From the NCBI GenBank assembly GCA_964360995.1, contig CAYHYZ010000001.1:31548-65821 (forward strand): DNA of 34,274 nucleotides. The letters run 5' to 3'. A program made the translations under genes and the position numbers. How positions within the stretch are numbered: position 1 is the first letter of the stretch; each line of letters opens with the position of its first letter. The DNA comes from an uncultured Candidatus Saccharibacteria bacterium (GTDB lineage: Bacteria; Patescibacteriota; Minisyncoccia; Ryanbacterales; HO2-45-13). This document shows positions 26,277-34,274 of this stretch, piece by piece. A model generated the notes under the pieces. That model searched no databases and was not told the origin of the DNA. It was given only the letters and a program-made list of their open reading frames with translations.

Positions 26277-27602
26277 ATGAATACATTTACTTGCACAACT
26301 CATAGCATCAATAACAAGGGGTTATTGATATTTTTTGTGTGCGCACTTTGTGGGGTGTTGTTTGCATCTGTTGCGCTTGCGCAATCGGGAGACGTGCCAA
26401 CAGGCGATAGTACTGGAGGAACAATCCCACAGGAAAATCCGGCTCTCAATGAGGCTCAGATGATCCCTGCCGTTGAGGTTCCTATTGGGGATCTTACAGG
26501 GACTAATCAAGGCGTGCCCGTCAGTGTCGATGTCCCGGTGAGAGCAACTACGTCAGATGTGGTAAACCCCGCAACAAATGTTTCTACTCCACCATCTTCC
26601 GTACCTTCGACTGATATTTCCGAAACGCCCGCCGTTGAAGTGCCCATTGGTGATCTTACAGGGACAGATCAAGTGGCGCCTGCAGTTGAGGGGGGAGAGT
26701 CGAGTGCGACGGGAAATAATAGCGTCGGCATGATCGTGCTCGTTGGGGTAGCGCTCGGCGCAATGTTTGGAGGAATCGGAATATATAGGATTCGTTCAAA
26801 AAATAGCAAAAAGGAACACACCACTGATCGTTGTCAGCAGATCGCGGAAGCGCTCACACAAAAGAAACAAGTGCTTGCGGGTGCGAGGGGAAAGTTTTCA
26901 ATTCAAGAAGCAATTATTAAGGCGTTGAAGAAAAAACTTTCTGAAGTAAAAAGCAAAATTCAGGGAGCTGTAAAAGATAAAGTAAAAGACAGTGTCGTAG
27001 CACTTGATACGTCGGGTACCACAAAGAAAGTTGTTGATGCTATTGATGAGGCGCAAAAAGCATATGATGATATCCTCAAAAAAATAGATCAGGCACACAA
27101 GATTCTCAATATCTTGCGCTCTCAAGTGAATCAACTCAACTCCGACATCAGCACGCTTGAATCTACGTACAACGCTTGTGTTCTTGCGGTGACCGGCAAA
27201 GAAATTATTCGCTCATCAGGGAAAGGGAAAGAGATCCCACTCCCTAATGTACCCAAGGGGAAAATTCTTAAATTTAGTAACCATCTTGTTCCGCTCATTC
27301 TCTCCAGCGAGAAGCAATCCACGATTCGGTTTTTTGATGACAAGGATTTGAAGCGCGGAGACAAGTTGTCACTCGTGAATAAAAACACCGACGAGCAGTT
27401 CGGTGAGGCGACCATCACGCATCTATATGAGAAAAAATTTATTGATCTCACCGGTTCTGACTATGAAAAAAATGAAAAACATGAGAGCGCAGAACGTATG
27501 CGTGAAGCATATCAAGGATATTATGATGGCAAAATCACTCCAGACACCATCGCAAAAATCATCACGTTTGAACTCAAACATATATCTCATAAGGAAAAGT
27601 AA
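26277..27602 (+). CDS. Single-pass membrane protein: low-complexity ectodomain, coiled coil, C-terminal ASCH domain
   Basis: Signal ALA-Q; P/T/S-rich region; TM at ~26727-26792; Lys-rich coiled coil; LKFSNHLVPLILSSEKQSTIRFFDDKDLKRGD...FGEATIT ASCH-like motif. Confidence 0.7.
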   Translation: MNTFTCTTHSINNKGLLIFFVCALCGVLFASVALAQSGDVPTGDSTGGTIPQENPALNEAQMIPAVEVPIGDLTGTNQGVPVSVDVPVRATTSDVVNPATNVSTPPSSVPSTDISETPAVEVPIGDLTGTDQVAPAVEGGESSATGNNSVGMIVLVGVALGAMFGGIGIYRIRSKNSKKEHTTDRCQQIAEALTQKKQVLAGARGKFSIQEAIIKALKKKLSEVKSKIQGAVKDKVKDSVVALDTSGTTKKVVDAIDEAQKAYDDILKKIDQAHKILNILRSQVNQLNSDISTLESTYNACVLAVTGKEIIRSSGKGKEIPLPNVPKGKILKFSNHLVPLILSSEKQSTIRFFDDKDLKRGDKLSLVNKNTDEQFGEATITHLYEKKFIDLTGSDYEKNEKHESAERMREAYQGYYDGKITPDTIAKIITFELKHISHKEK

Positions 27603-27715
27603 GTATTTTTCCCCGTAGGTAATGCATGTGAAGCACGTATTGCCAATTAACGTTCTGCGTGGCAATCTTGTGGGCGTTATAGACAGAATGTGGGACTCCT
27701 ATAGAATAGAAGCAT

Positions 27716-28492
27716 ATGAAAATTTCACTCCGTTTTACTGGTCTTTTTGTTGTCACACTCTTGGTATCTATAGGGGCGTTTGCCACTACTGCACATGCAA
27801 ATCACGCATGGGGTGAATATCATTGGGCTCGCAGTGCAAATCCATTCACACTGAAGCTAGGCGATAATATGAGCTCGACGTGGGATCCGTATCTTGCCGT
27901 CGCATCGTCCGATTGGAGCGCCTCTGCGGTGCTCGACACCTCAATCGTGCCAGGACAGGGTTTTGCTCGGCTGTGCCGCGCAGTGAATGGGCGCGTGGAA
28001 GTATGTAATAGCAAATATGGGAACAACGGCTGGTTAGGAATCGCAACGATCTGGGCGAGTGGAAATCACATCACTCAAGGAACGGTAAAAATGAACGATA
28101 CGTATTTCAACACTTCAAAATACAACTCACCAGCATGGAGGCAATTTGTGACCTGCCAAGAAATCGGACATGCGTTCGGGCTGAATCATCAGGACGAAGA
28201 ATTTGGTAACCAAAACCTTGGTACCTGCATGGACTACACGAGTGATCCTTCGACAAACCAGCACCCAAACCAACACGACTACGATATGCTCGAATCAATT
28301 TACGCACATCTCGATGACTTCACCACAATCGTAAGTAGTACGTTCCTCAAAGGATTTTCCGTGATTGATACTGATAATCCTTCAGAGTGGGGCAAATCAC
28401 TACGGGAGTCTCGTGACGGACGCAGCTCACTCTATGAGCGCAATCTCGGGTTTGGACAAAAGATGTTCACCTTCGTTATCTGGGCAGACTAA
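27716..28492 (+). CDS. Secreted metzincin-like (matrixin/M10-like) metallopeptidase homolog
   Basis: Signal AHA-N; CQEIGHAFGLNH zinc-motif variant; Met-turn-like TCMDY. Confidence 0.7.
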   Translation: MKISLRFTGLFVVTLLVSIGAFATTAHANHAWGEYHWARSANPFTLKLGDNMSSTWDPYLAVASSDWSASAVLDTSIVPGQGFARLCRAVNGRVEVCNSKYGNNGWLGIATIWASGNHITQGTVKMNDTYFNTSKYNSPAWRQFVTCQEIGHAFGLNHQDEEFGNQNLGTCMDYTSDPSTNQHPNQHDYDMLESIYAHLDDFTTIVSSTFLKGFSVIDTDNPSEWGKSLRESRDGRSSLYERNLGFGQKMFTFVIWAD

Positions 28493-28752
28493 GACAATAT
28501 AAGTGTCACACAGCGTAACTGAACACCGTTTTGTTGCGCGTATCTGGCTTTGAACGATTACAATGAGCAGCTCACCTGCAGGCCCCTGTCGGATGGAGTG
28601 CGGTGGGCGCGGAGATTCCGTACACCCAGCAATGTTTCCCGCGACTACGCTGGACTTCATGGTCAACACGAATAACTCGCGGGTGGTGCAGTTTTCTTTC
28701 GACGCGTGTGCGGGGGCGTTTTTTTGAATTCCACACTATGCAAACATATGCA

Positions 28753-30555
28753 ATGAAAAAGAAAGAGGCAATTCTTGCAAACATCTCTGTTCGGCAGGTG
28801 CTGCGTTCCTATTGGCAGGTGATAGGAAAATATCGGCTCCTCATGGGCACGATGATTTTTCTCAGTATTTCGGGAAATGTGCTGGGACTTGTCACTCCGC
28901 TGTATTACAAAAAGTTTTTTGATGTGGTGACTACCGCATCCGATCCGTCACTCGCGATTGGAACATTACTGCATATTATTACGGTGATATTGGGACTCGC
29001 ATTTGCCGGATGGACGGCATTTCGCACAATGAATTTCATCAATAACTATTACCAAGCGTATGTGATGGCCGAACTCAAACAGCAGGCGCTGGAGTACATG
29101 ACGGATCACTCGTATCGATTTTTCTCGAACAACTTTACGGGATCGCTGACACAGCGTATCAGTCGCTATAGTAGGTCGTTTGAGCGCCTTGGGGATCAAT
29201 TAATCTTCAATATGATTCCACTTGCGACGAAGATTATCGGTGTCATCGTGGTCCTCCTGTTTGTATCTCCCCCAATTGCTGGGATTCTGCTTGGGCTTAT
29301 TGTATTTTTTGTGTCATTTAACTATTTTTTTTCTCAGTGGAAACTCAAATACAATATTGAGCGCGCAGCAATGGACTCTCACGCGACCGGTGTGCTTTCC
29401 GATATGATTACCAACCATACGACGATTCAGCTATTTACGGGAGCGGAGACGGAAAAACAACGCTACCGCGACGTGACGTACGAACAGGGGAGGATTACCA
29501 AATTTACGTGGGATCTTGATTCGCTCACCGACGGATTACAGTCCGGCATTATGGTATTTGCGGAATTCTTGTTGTTTTACTACGCGCTGAAATATTGGGA
29601 AGCAGGAGCACTGACGGTAGGAACGTTTGTGCTCATTCAAATATATTTTCTCAATGTCTGGGGACAGCTTTGGGGATTTAGCAGAATCATCCGTGATATT
29701 TATGAAAGTATGGCGGACGCAAAAGAGATGGTAGAAATTCTTGTCACGCCACATGAAGTTCGTGATCTTTCGAATGCGGGCACTCTGGTAGTTTCGAAGG
29801 GGGATATTCAATTTACGGACGTGGACTTTGCGTTTAATCAGACGCGTATGGTGCTGGAAACGTTCAATCTCCACATTCGCGCTGGAGAGAAGGTGGCGCT
29901 CGTTGGGCCATCGGGTGCTGGGAAATCAACAATTGTGCGCTTATTACTGCGCATGTATGACGTGAGTGCAGGAAAAATACTCATTGATGGACAAAATATT
30001 CATCAGGTGACACAACAGAGCTTGCGAGAGCAGATCAGCTTGGTTCCACAAGATCCCATTCTTTTTCACCGGACTCTCATGGAAAATATTCGCTATGGAC
30101 GACGCGACGCAAGCGATCAGGAGGTCATCACAGCGGCAAAGCTCGCACATTGTCATGAATTTATAGACACACTGCCGCACCAGTATGATACCTTCGTCGG
30201 AGAGCGTGGCATCAAGCTTTCTGGAGGAGAACGTCAACGTGTGGCGATTGCACGCGCCATTCTTCGCAATGCGCCAATTCTTATTTTAGACGAGGCAACA
30301 TCCAGCCTCGATTCGCACTCCGAAGCGCTGATTCAAGATGCGCTCGCGATTCTTATGAAAGGAAAGACCACGATCGCGATTGCGCACCGACTTTCCACTA
30401 TTAAAGAAATGGATCGCATTATTGTGATTGATGATGGTAAGGTGATTGAGGATGGTTCACATGGGGAATTAATAGTAAAGCAGGGGAGCTTGTATCAATC
30501 TCTCTGGAACTTGCAGGCCGGTGGCTTTTTGAAAGACGAGGAGAGTGATGAGTAA
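28753..30555 (+). CDS. ABC exporter, fused TMD-NBD (MsbA/multidrug type)
   Basis: Six-TM domain; [41 protein letters not shown]. Start is 28738 or 28753. Confidence 0.92.
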   Translation: MKKKEAILANISVRQVLRSYWQVIGKYRLLMGTMIFLSISGNVLGLVTPLYYKKFFDVVTTASDPSLAIGTLLHIITVILGLAFAGWTAFRTMNFINNYYQAYVMAELKQQALEYMTDHSYRFFSNNFTGSLTQRISRYSRSFERLGDQLIFNMIPLATKIIGVIVVLLFVSPPIAGILLGLIVFFVSFNYFFSQWKLKYNIERAAMDSHATGVLSDMITNHTTIQLFTGAETEKQRYRDVTYEQGRITKFTWDLDSLTDGLQSGIMVFAEFLLFYYALKYWEAGALTVGTFVLIQIYFLNVWGQLWGFSRIIRDIYESMADAKEMVEILVTPHEVRDLSNAGTLVVSKGDIQFTDVDFAFNQTRMVLETFNLHIRAGEKVALVGPSGAGKSTIVRLLLRMYDVSAGKILIDGQNIHQVTQQSLREQISLVPQDPILFHRTLMENIRYGRRDASDQEVITAAKLAHCHEFIDTLPHQYDTFVGERGIKLSGGERQRVAIARAILRNAPILILDEATSSLDSHSEALIQDALAILMKGKTTIAIAHRLSTIKEMDRIIVIDDGKVIEDGSHGELIVKQGSLYQSLWNLQAGGFLKDEESDE

Positions 30556-30638
30556 TATGTGAATTTACCGCGCTCGACATTTGCGTATTATGTCAATACG
30601 TGTCATAGTGTGCTCACTGCACGTACTCGTGAAGAAAT

Positions 30639-31841
30639 ATGGATCCAAAACACACCTCATCTGAAAGTTTTCATGGGCTTGGTATTGCACCGGCCCTTTT
30701 GGATATTCTCGCGAAACAAAATTTTATTACTCCCACGCCAATCCAGTCACAAGCGATTCCTATTGCTACACAAGGGAAAGACGTGATGGGTGTTGCACAA
30801 ACAGGAACCGGCAAAACGCTTGCGTTTGGTATTCCGATGATTCAGCGACTTGCGGAAACTGGTGGCATTGGTCTTGTGGTGCTTCCTACCCGCGAACTCG
30901 CACTTCAAGTGGATGAGGTGCTTCGTCGTATTGGAGAGAGCTTGAAAATTCGCACCGCAGTGCTCATTGGGGGAGCGCCATTTCCTGCGCAGGTGAAGTC
31001 TATTCATCGAAAACCCCATATTATTATAGGTACACCGGGACGGATTATTGATCACATCAAACAGCGAACACTCAAGTTAGATCTTGCGAAAATTGTGGTG
31101 CTTGATGAAGCGGATCGCATGCTGGATATGGGTTTTCTCCCACAAATCAGGGATATTTTCAAAGTGCTCCCAACACAACGGCAAACGATGCTTTTTTCGG
31201 CGACGATGCCTCGCGATATTGTACATATGGCAACTTCGTATATGAAACTACCAATTCGCGTTGAAATTGCTTCGTCTGGAACCACTGCAGAGCGTGTAGT
31301 ACAAGAATTGTTGATTGTAGACAAATCTGCGAAGCCCTATGTACTCAAAAGCGTGCTCGAACGATTCCAAAGTTCTACATTAGTATTTACCCGCACAAAA
31401 TTTGGCGCGAAGCGACTTGCCCATGAACTGCAAGAAATGGGATACACCGCCTCAGAAATTCACTCTAACCGTTCACTCGCACAGCGTAGGGAAGCGCTTG
31501 ATGGATTTAAGAAAGGGAAGTACCGCGTACTCGTAGCCACTGATATTGCCGCACGCGGAATTGATGTAAAAAATATTGAGCTTGTGGTGAACTATGACCT
31601 GCCATCCACGGCGGAAGATTATGTGCATCGTATTGGACGTACCGCACGCGCAGGAGCAGGGGGGCATGCAATCTCGTTTGCAATGCCAGATGAGCGCAAA
31701 GACATTCGCGACATTGAGCGTCTCATTAATATGCAAATTGCACTTTCGGAGCATTCTCCACTTGCGGATTTTTCCGCGTATCGCCCCGCAATGCGTACCG
31801 GAAAACGCATGCATTTTTCGAGTAGACGATTTCGCAGGTAG
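30639..31841 (+). CDS. DEAD-box RNA helicase (RhlE-like)
   Basis: Q motif PTPIQ, AQTGTGKT, PTRELA, TPGR, DEAD, SAT, ARGID, HRIGRTAR. Confidence 0.95.
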   Translation: MDPKHTSSESFHGLGIAPALLDILAKQNFITPTPIQSQAIPIATQGKDVMGVAQTGTGKTLAFGIPMIQRLAETGGIGLVVLPTRELALQVDEVLRRIGESLKIRTAVLIGGAPFPAQVKSIHRKPHIIIGTPGRIIDHIKQRTLKLDLAKIVVLDEADRMLDMGFLPQIRDIFKVLPTQRQTMLFSATMPRDIVHMATSYMKLPIRVEIASSGTTAERVVQELLIVDKSAKPYVLKSVLERFQSSTLVFTRTKFGAKRLAHELQEMGYTASEIHSNRSLAQRREALDGFKKGKYRVLVATDIAARGIDVKNIELVVNYDLPSTAEDYVHRIGRTARAGAGGHAISFAMPDERKDIRDIERLINMQIALSEHSPLADFSAYRPAMRTGKRMHFSSRRFRR

Positions 31842-31913
31842 TATTCGGGGGTATCCTCGCTATACTACACAGAGGCATTGGTTCCTATCCGCTATTGTGG
31901 AAGGAGTGTTCGT

Positions 31914-32126
31914 ATGAGTATTAACGCGAAAGACTTTCTCGAAAAACCCCAGCAGTTTTCTGAAAGAACTACTGCGAAATGCAGATGTGGAGACCCATTG
32001 AAAGAGCCAGGCGAACGACCTGACAGATTACATGGCGTTGAGGTGTGTGGCGCATGCTACAGCGCAGCCTACGGCAGCGCTTTGGACGAACACCTGATAA
32101 CAACTGCAAGGATACGAAGAGGGTAA
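31914..32126 (+). CDS. Small Cys-containing (CxC...CxxC) putative zinc-binding protein
   Basis: AAGGAG before ATG 31914; KCRCG...VCGAC; followed by a strong hairpin. Confidence 0.55.
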   Translation: MSINAKDFLEKPQQFSERTTAKCRCGDPLKEPGERPDRLHGVEVCGACYSAAYGSALDEHLITTARIRRG

Positions 32127-32128
32127 TA

Positions 32129-32158
32129 AAACCCCCGCCACGGTAGTGGCGGGGGTTT
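32129..32158. terminator. Bidirectional intrinsic terminator
   Basis: AAACCCCCGCCAC-GGTA-GTGGCGGGGGTTT between convergent genes. Confidence 0.8.
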
Positions 32159-32172
32159 AAACGCCCTGCTAT

Positions 32173-32439
32173 CTATAGGATCTTGTCAGAATACTTTCCG
32201 ATCAACGGCAGATATGCATGTCTCCCACTCAGGTGTGACTGCAACCACAGCGCTACTTCATAGACAAGGAATACTCGAATAGCCCACATGAATGGGTATA
32301 CCAGGATACCAAGAAGCGGAAAGGGAAATATCCAATGTGTACTCCAATATCCGATCAAGGAAAGAATGCCCTGGAGAGAGAGCGCAGTAATAATAAGCCC
32401 AATGAGCTGTTTTTTATGAAAATGATTGATAGTCGTCAT
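32173..32439 (-). CDS. Small membrane protein (DUF4870-like)
   Basis: FHKKQLIGL, two hydrophobic helices, C-terminal YLPLIGKYSDKI. Confidence 0.55.
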   Translation of the reverse strand: MTTINHFHKKQLIGLIITALSLQGILSLIGYWSTHWIFPFPLLGILVYPFMWAIRVFLVYEVALWLQSHLSGRHAYLPLIGKYSDKIL

Positions 32440-32566
32440 AACTATATAGTGCCAGAAATATGTGCGGCTGTCTCATGAGACACATTGCACATGACCCTTA
32501 TATTAAACTTATAGGACAAAGTGAATTCGTGTCCCATAGAAAAATGTGTCAAGTTTACGTGATCTA

Positions 32567-32595
32567 TTGACAAGGAACAGTTTTTACGGTAAAAT
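32567..32595 (+). promoter_or_regulatory. Sigma70-type promoter
   Basis: TTGACA (32567-32572), 17-nt spacer, TAAAAT (32590-32595), upstream of ATG 32628. Confidence 0.75.
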
Positions 32596-32627
32596 CCGGC
32601 CATTAATAAGGTAGCGTCAACATCCGT

Positions 32628-34274
32628 ATGAATACAGACATCCGTGTTGGTCGAAAAACTGCAACAAGAATCCTTGTGGGATTTGTGGCGCTTTCGACCG
32701 TGATCGCAGGAGTTGGCACGAGCGTGCTCTTTGCTTCTCAAAGCGTGAGCGCAACGGCGTGCACCACTCTGTCGTTTCATGAGGACGCCAGCGGGAATCC
32801 TATTCTTGCAGGTCAAATCATAGACGGTGAATACAGTGCGTGGGGAGTAACTATTAGTACAAATAATCATCATGGAGGTCACCCGGACCTCGGTATTGCA
32901 TTTGATACTGCACATCCGACGGGAGGGGATACTGACCTGGGAACGCCAAATGAAGATTTTGGTGGACCGGGCATTGGAGAAGGTGGCGAGCAGGGTGAGG
33001 AAGGAGAAAATGCCGATAGTCTTGGCATGGCTCTTATCATTGCCGAAAACGATACCGATGCCGACGACAACGATCTCATTGATGTGCCGGACGATGAAGC
33101 AAACGGCGGAACCGTGACCTTTACGTTTGCTGCTCCCGTATCTGTCTGCAGTCTTGTGCTCATTGATAACGACTCAGGCGGTTCCAACGTGAAGGTCTAT
33201 CACGATGGGGACACAAATCCATTTTCGGTCATCACTCCAGAAAACTGGAAGGACAATTCAACTCAGAAGGTTACCATCAATAAAAACGACGTGTCAAAGA
33301 TGGAAGTAAAACTTTCCGGATCTGGCGCAATTGACGATGTGCATTTTAAGGCAGCGCCAGTCAATGAGAAGCCAGTAGTGACACTCATTGGGGACGCAGA
33401 TATGACGATCACGCAGGGTGATACGTTTACTGATCCCGGAGCTACCGCATCTGATCCTGAAGACGGCGATATTACGGATGATATCGAAGTCAGTGGGGAT
33501 ACGGTAAACACGAATGTGCCTGGTACCTACGTCATTAAGTACCGAGTGACCGATTCTGACGGGCTCTGTTCTGAATTCGTAACGCGCACCGTGCATGTGG
33601 TGGAAGCAGACAATCAGCCACCGGTTTGGAGCGGACCAACTGTGGCGACGACTACCGTAAACGATCTCTTGGATCTCACCATTACGGTGACCGATCCCGA
33701 CAACGATCCACTGACTATTACGACGGATCTTCCAGCAGGATCTACATACTCAACAACGACCTCTGCATTTACTTGGACGCCAACAGCAACTGGCACCTAT
33801 AGCGCGCTCTTCGAGGCGTTTGATGGTGAGGCGACAAGTACGCACATTCTTACTATTCACGTTGTATCATTCCTTCCGGATATTTCTGAGAAAGAATGCA
33901 CGACGGGGGATCTCTACGGATGGTTCTATAACTTTCCAAAAACGCATCCCGAAATGAATGCACCAATTACCGGAGTAGTAACAGGTGATGCGCCGTTCAA
34001 TCACGATTGGTACGATAGTCAGTACTTGAGTTCGGCAGATAATGTTGCACTCAGCTCACTCACCTATACGTCCAATTATTTCCCAGTTGACGATGGACTT
34101 GCGGGAGACCCTCAGCACTTCGCTGTGCATCTCAATGGATTTGTGAACGTAGCAACAACGACTGACATTAAAGTACAACTTGGTACTGATGACGATGGTT
34201 GGTTCTATCTCAATGGCGTAAAGAAAATTGATAACGGAGGTGTGCATGGATACGTGCTCAAGTCTGCCACTACG
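32628..34274 (+). CDS. Secreted multidomain surface protein with DUF5011/Ig-like and PA14-like domains (3'-truncated; absent from the ORF track because there is no stop)
   Basis: Hand translation: MNTDIRVGRKTATRILVGFVALSTVIAG...; KPVVTLIGDADMTITQGDTFTDPGATASDPEDGDIT (DUF5011-like); NQPP...VTDPDNDPLT...FTWTP (Ig-like); GTDDDGWFYLNGVKKIDNGGVHG (PA14-like). Confidence 0.85.
   Translation, partial: MNTDIRVGRKTATRILVGFVALSTVIAGVGTSVLFASQSVSATACTTLSFHEDASGNPILAGQIIDGEYSAWGVTISTNNHHGGHPDLGIAFDTAHPTGGDTDLGTPNEDFGGPGIGEGGEQGEEGENADSLGMALIIAENDTDADDNDLIDVPDDEANGGTVTFTFAAPVSVCSLVLIDNDSGGSNVKVYHDGDTNPFSVITPENWKDNSTQKVTINKNDVSKMEVKLSGSGAIDDVHFKAAPVNEKPVVTLIGDADMTITQGDTFTDPGATASDPEDGDITDDIEVSGDTVNTNVPGTYVIKYRVTDSDGLCSEFVTRTVHVVEADNQPPVWSGPTVATTTVNDLLDLTITVTDPDNDPLTITTDLPAGSTYSTTTSAFTWTPTATGTYSALFEAFDGEATSTHILTIHVVSFLPDISEKECTTGDLYGWFYNFPKTHPEMNAPITGVVTGDAPFNHDWYDSQYLSSADNVALSSLTYTSNYFPVDDGLAGDPQHFAVHLNGFVNVATTTDIKVQLGTDDDGWFYLNGVKKIDNGGVHGYVLKSATT

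Noticed and set aside
32442-34247. Short ORFs listed in the track near the window end
   Set aside because: Shadows of the + strand gene starting at 32628, which runs off the window.

Overview
Bacterial chromosomal window using genetic code 11 (TGA is a stop). Gene content and style suggest Patescibacteria/CPR, probably Parcubacteria (inference). Housekeeping genes are murJ, lepA, an ftsB-like gene, a SurA-N-like gene, prfB with its +1 frameshift, ftsE, ftsX, an ABC exporter and a DEAD-box helicase, plus three tRNAs (Gly-CCC, Thr-CGT, Gln-CTG). Surface-protein genes include a 5'-truncated tail-fibre-like adhesin with a Peptidase_G2-type chaperone domain, a seven-gene cluster combining WxL-like subunits, a DUF916-like membrane partner, a dockerin protein and two cohesin proteins, and a 3'-truncated DUF5011/Ig/PA14 protein. 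The most unusual items are: (i) an integrase-less array downstream of tRNA-Gly of three ~100-130 bp structured units, each ending in a copy of the tRNA 3' end, with a zinc-ribbon cargo gene between units; (ii) the WxL-like/cohesin-dockerin cluster, whose two WxL-like paralogs share a perfect 49-bp tract; (iii) a membrane-anchored ASCH-domain protein starting 3 nt after tRNA-Gln. Domain calls come from motifs recognised by eye, not from database searches.
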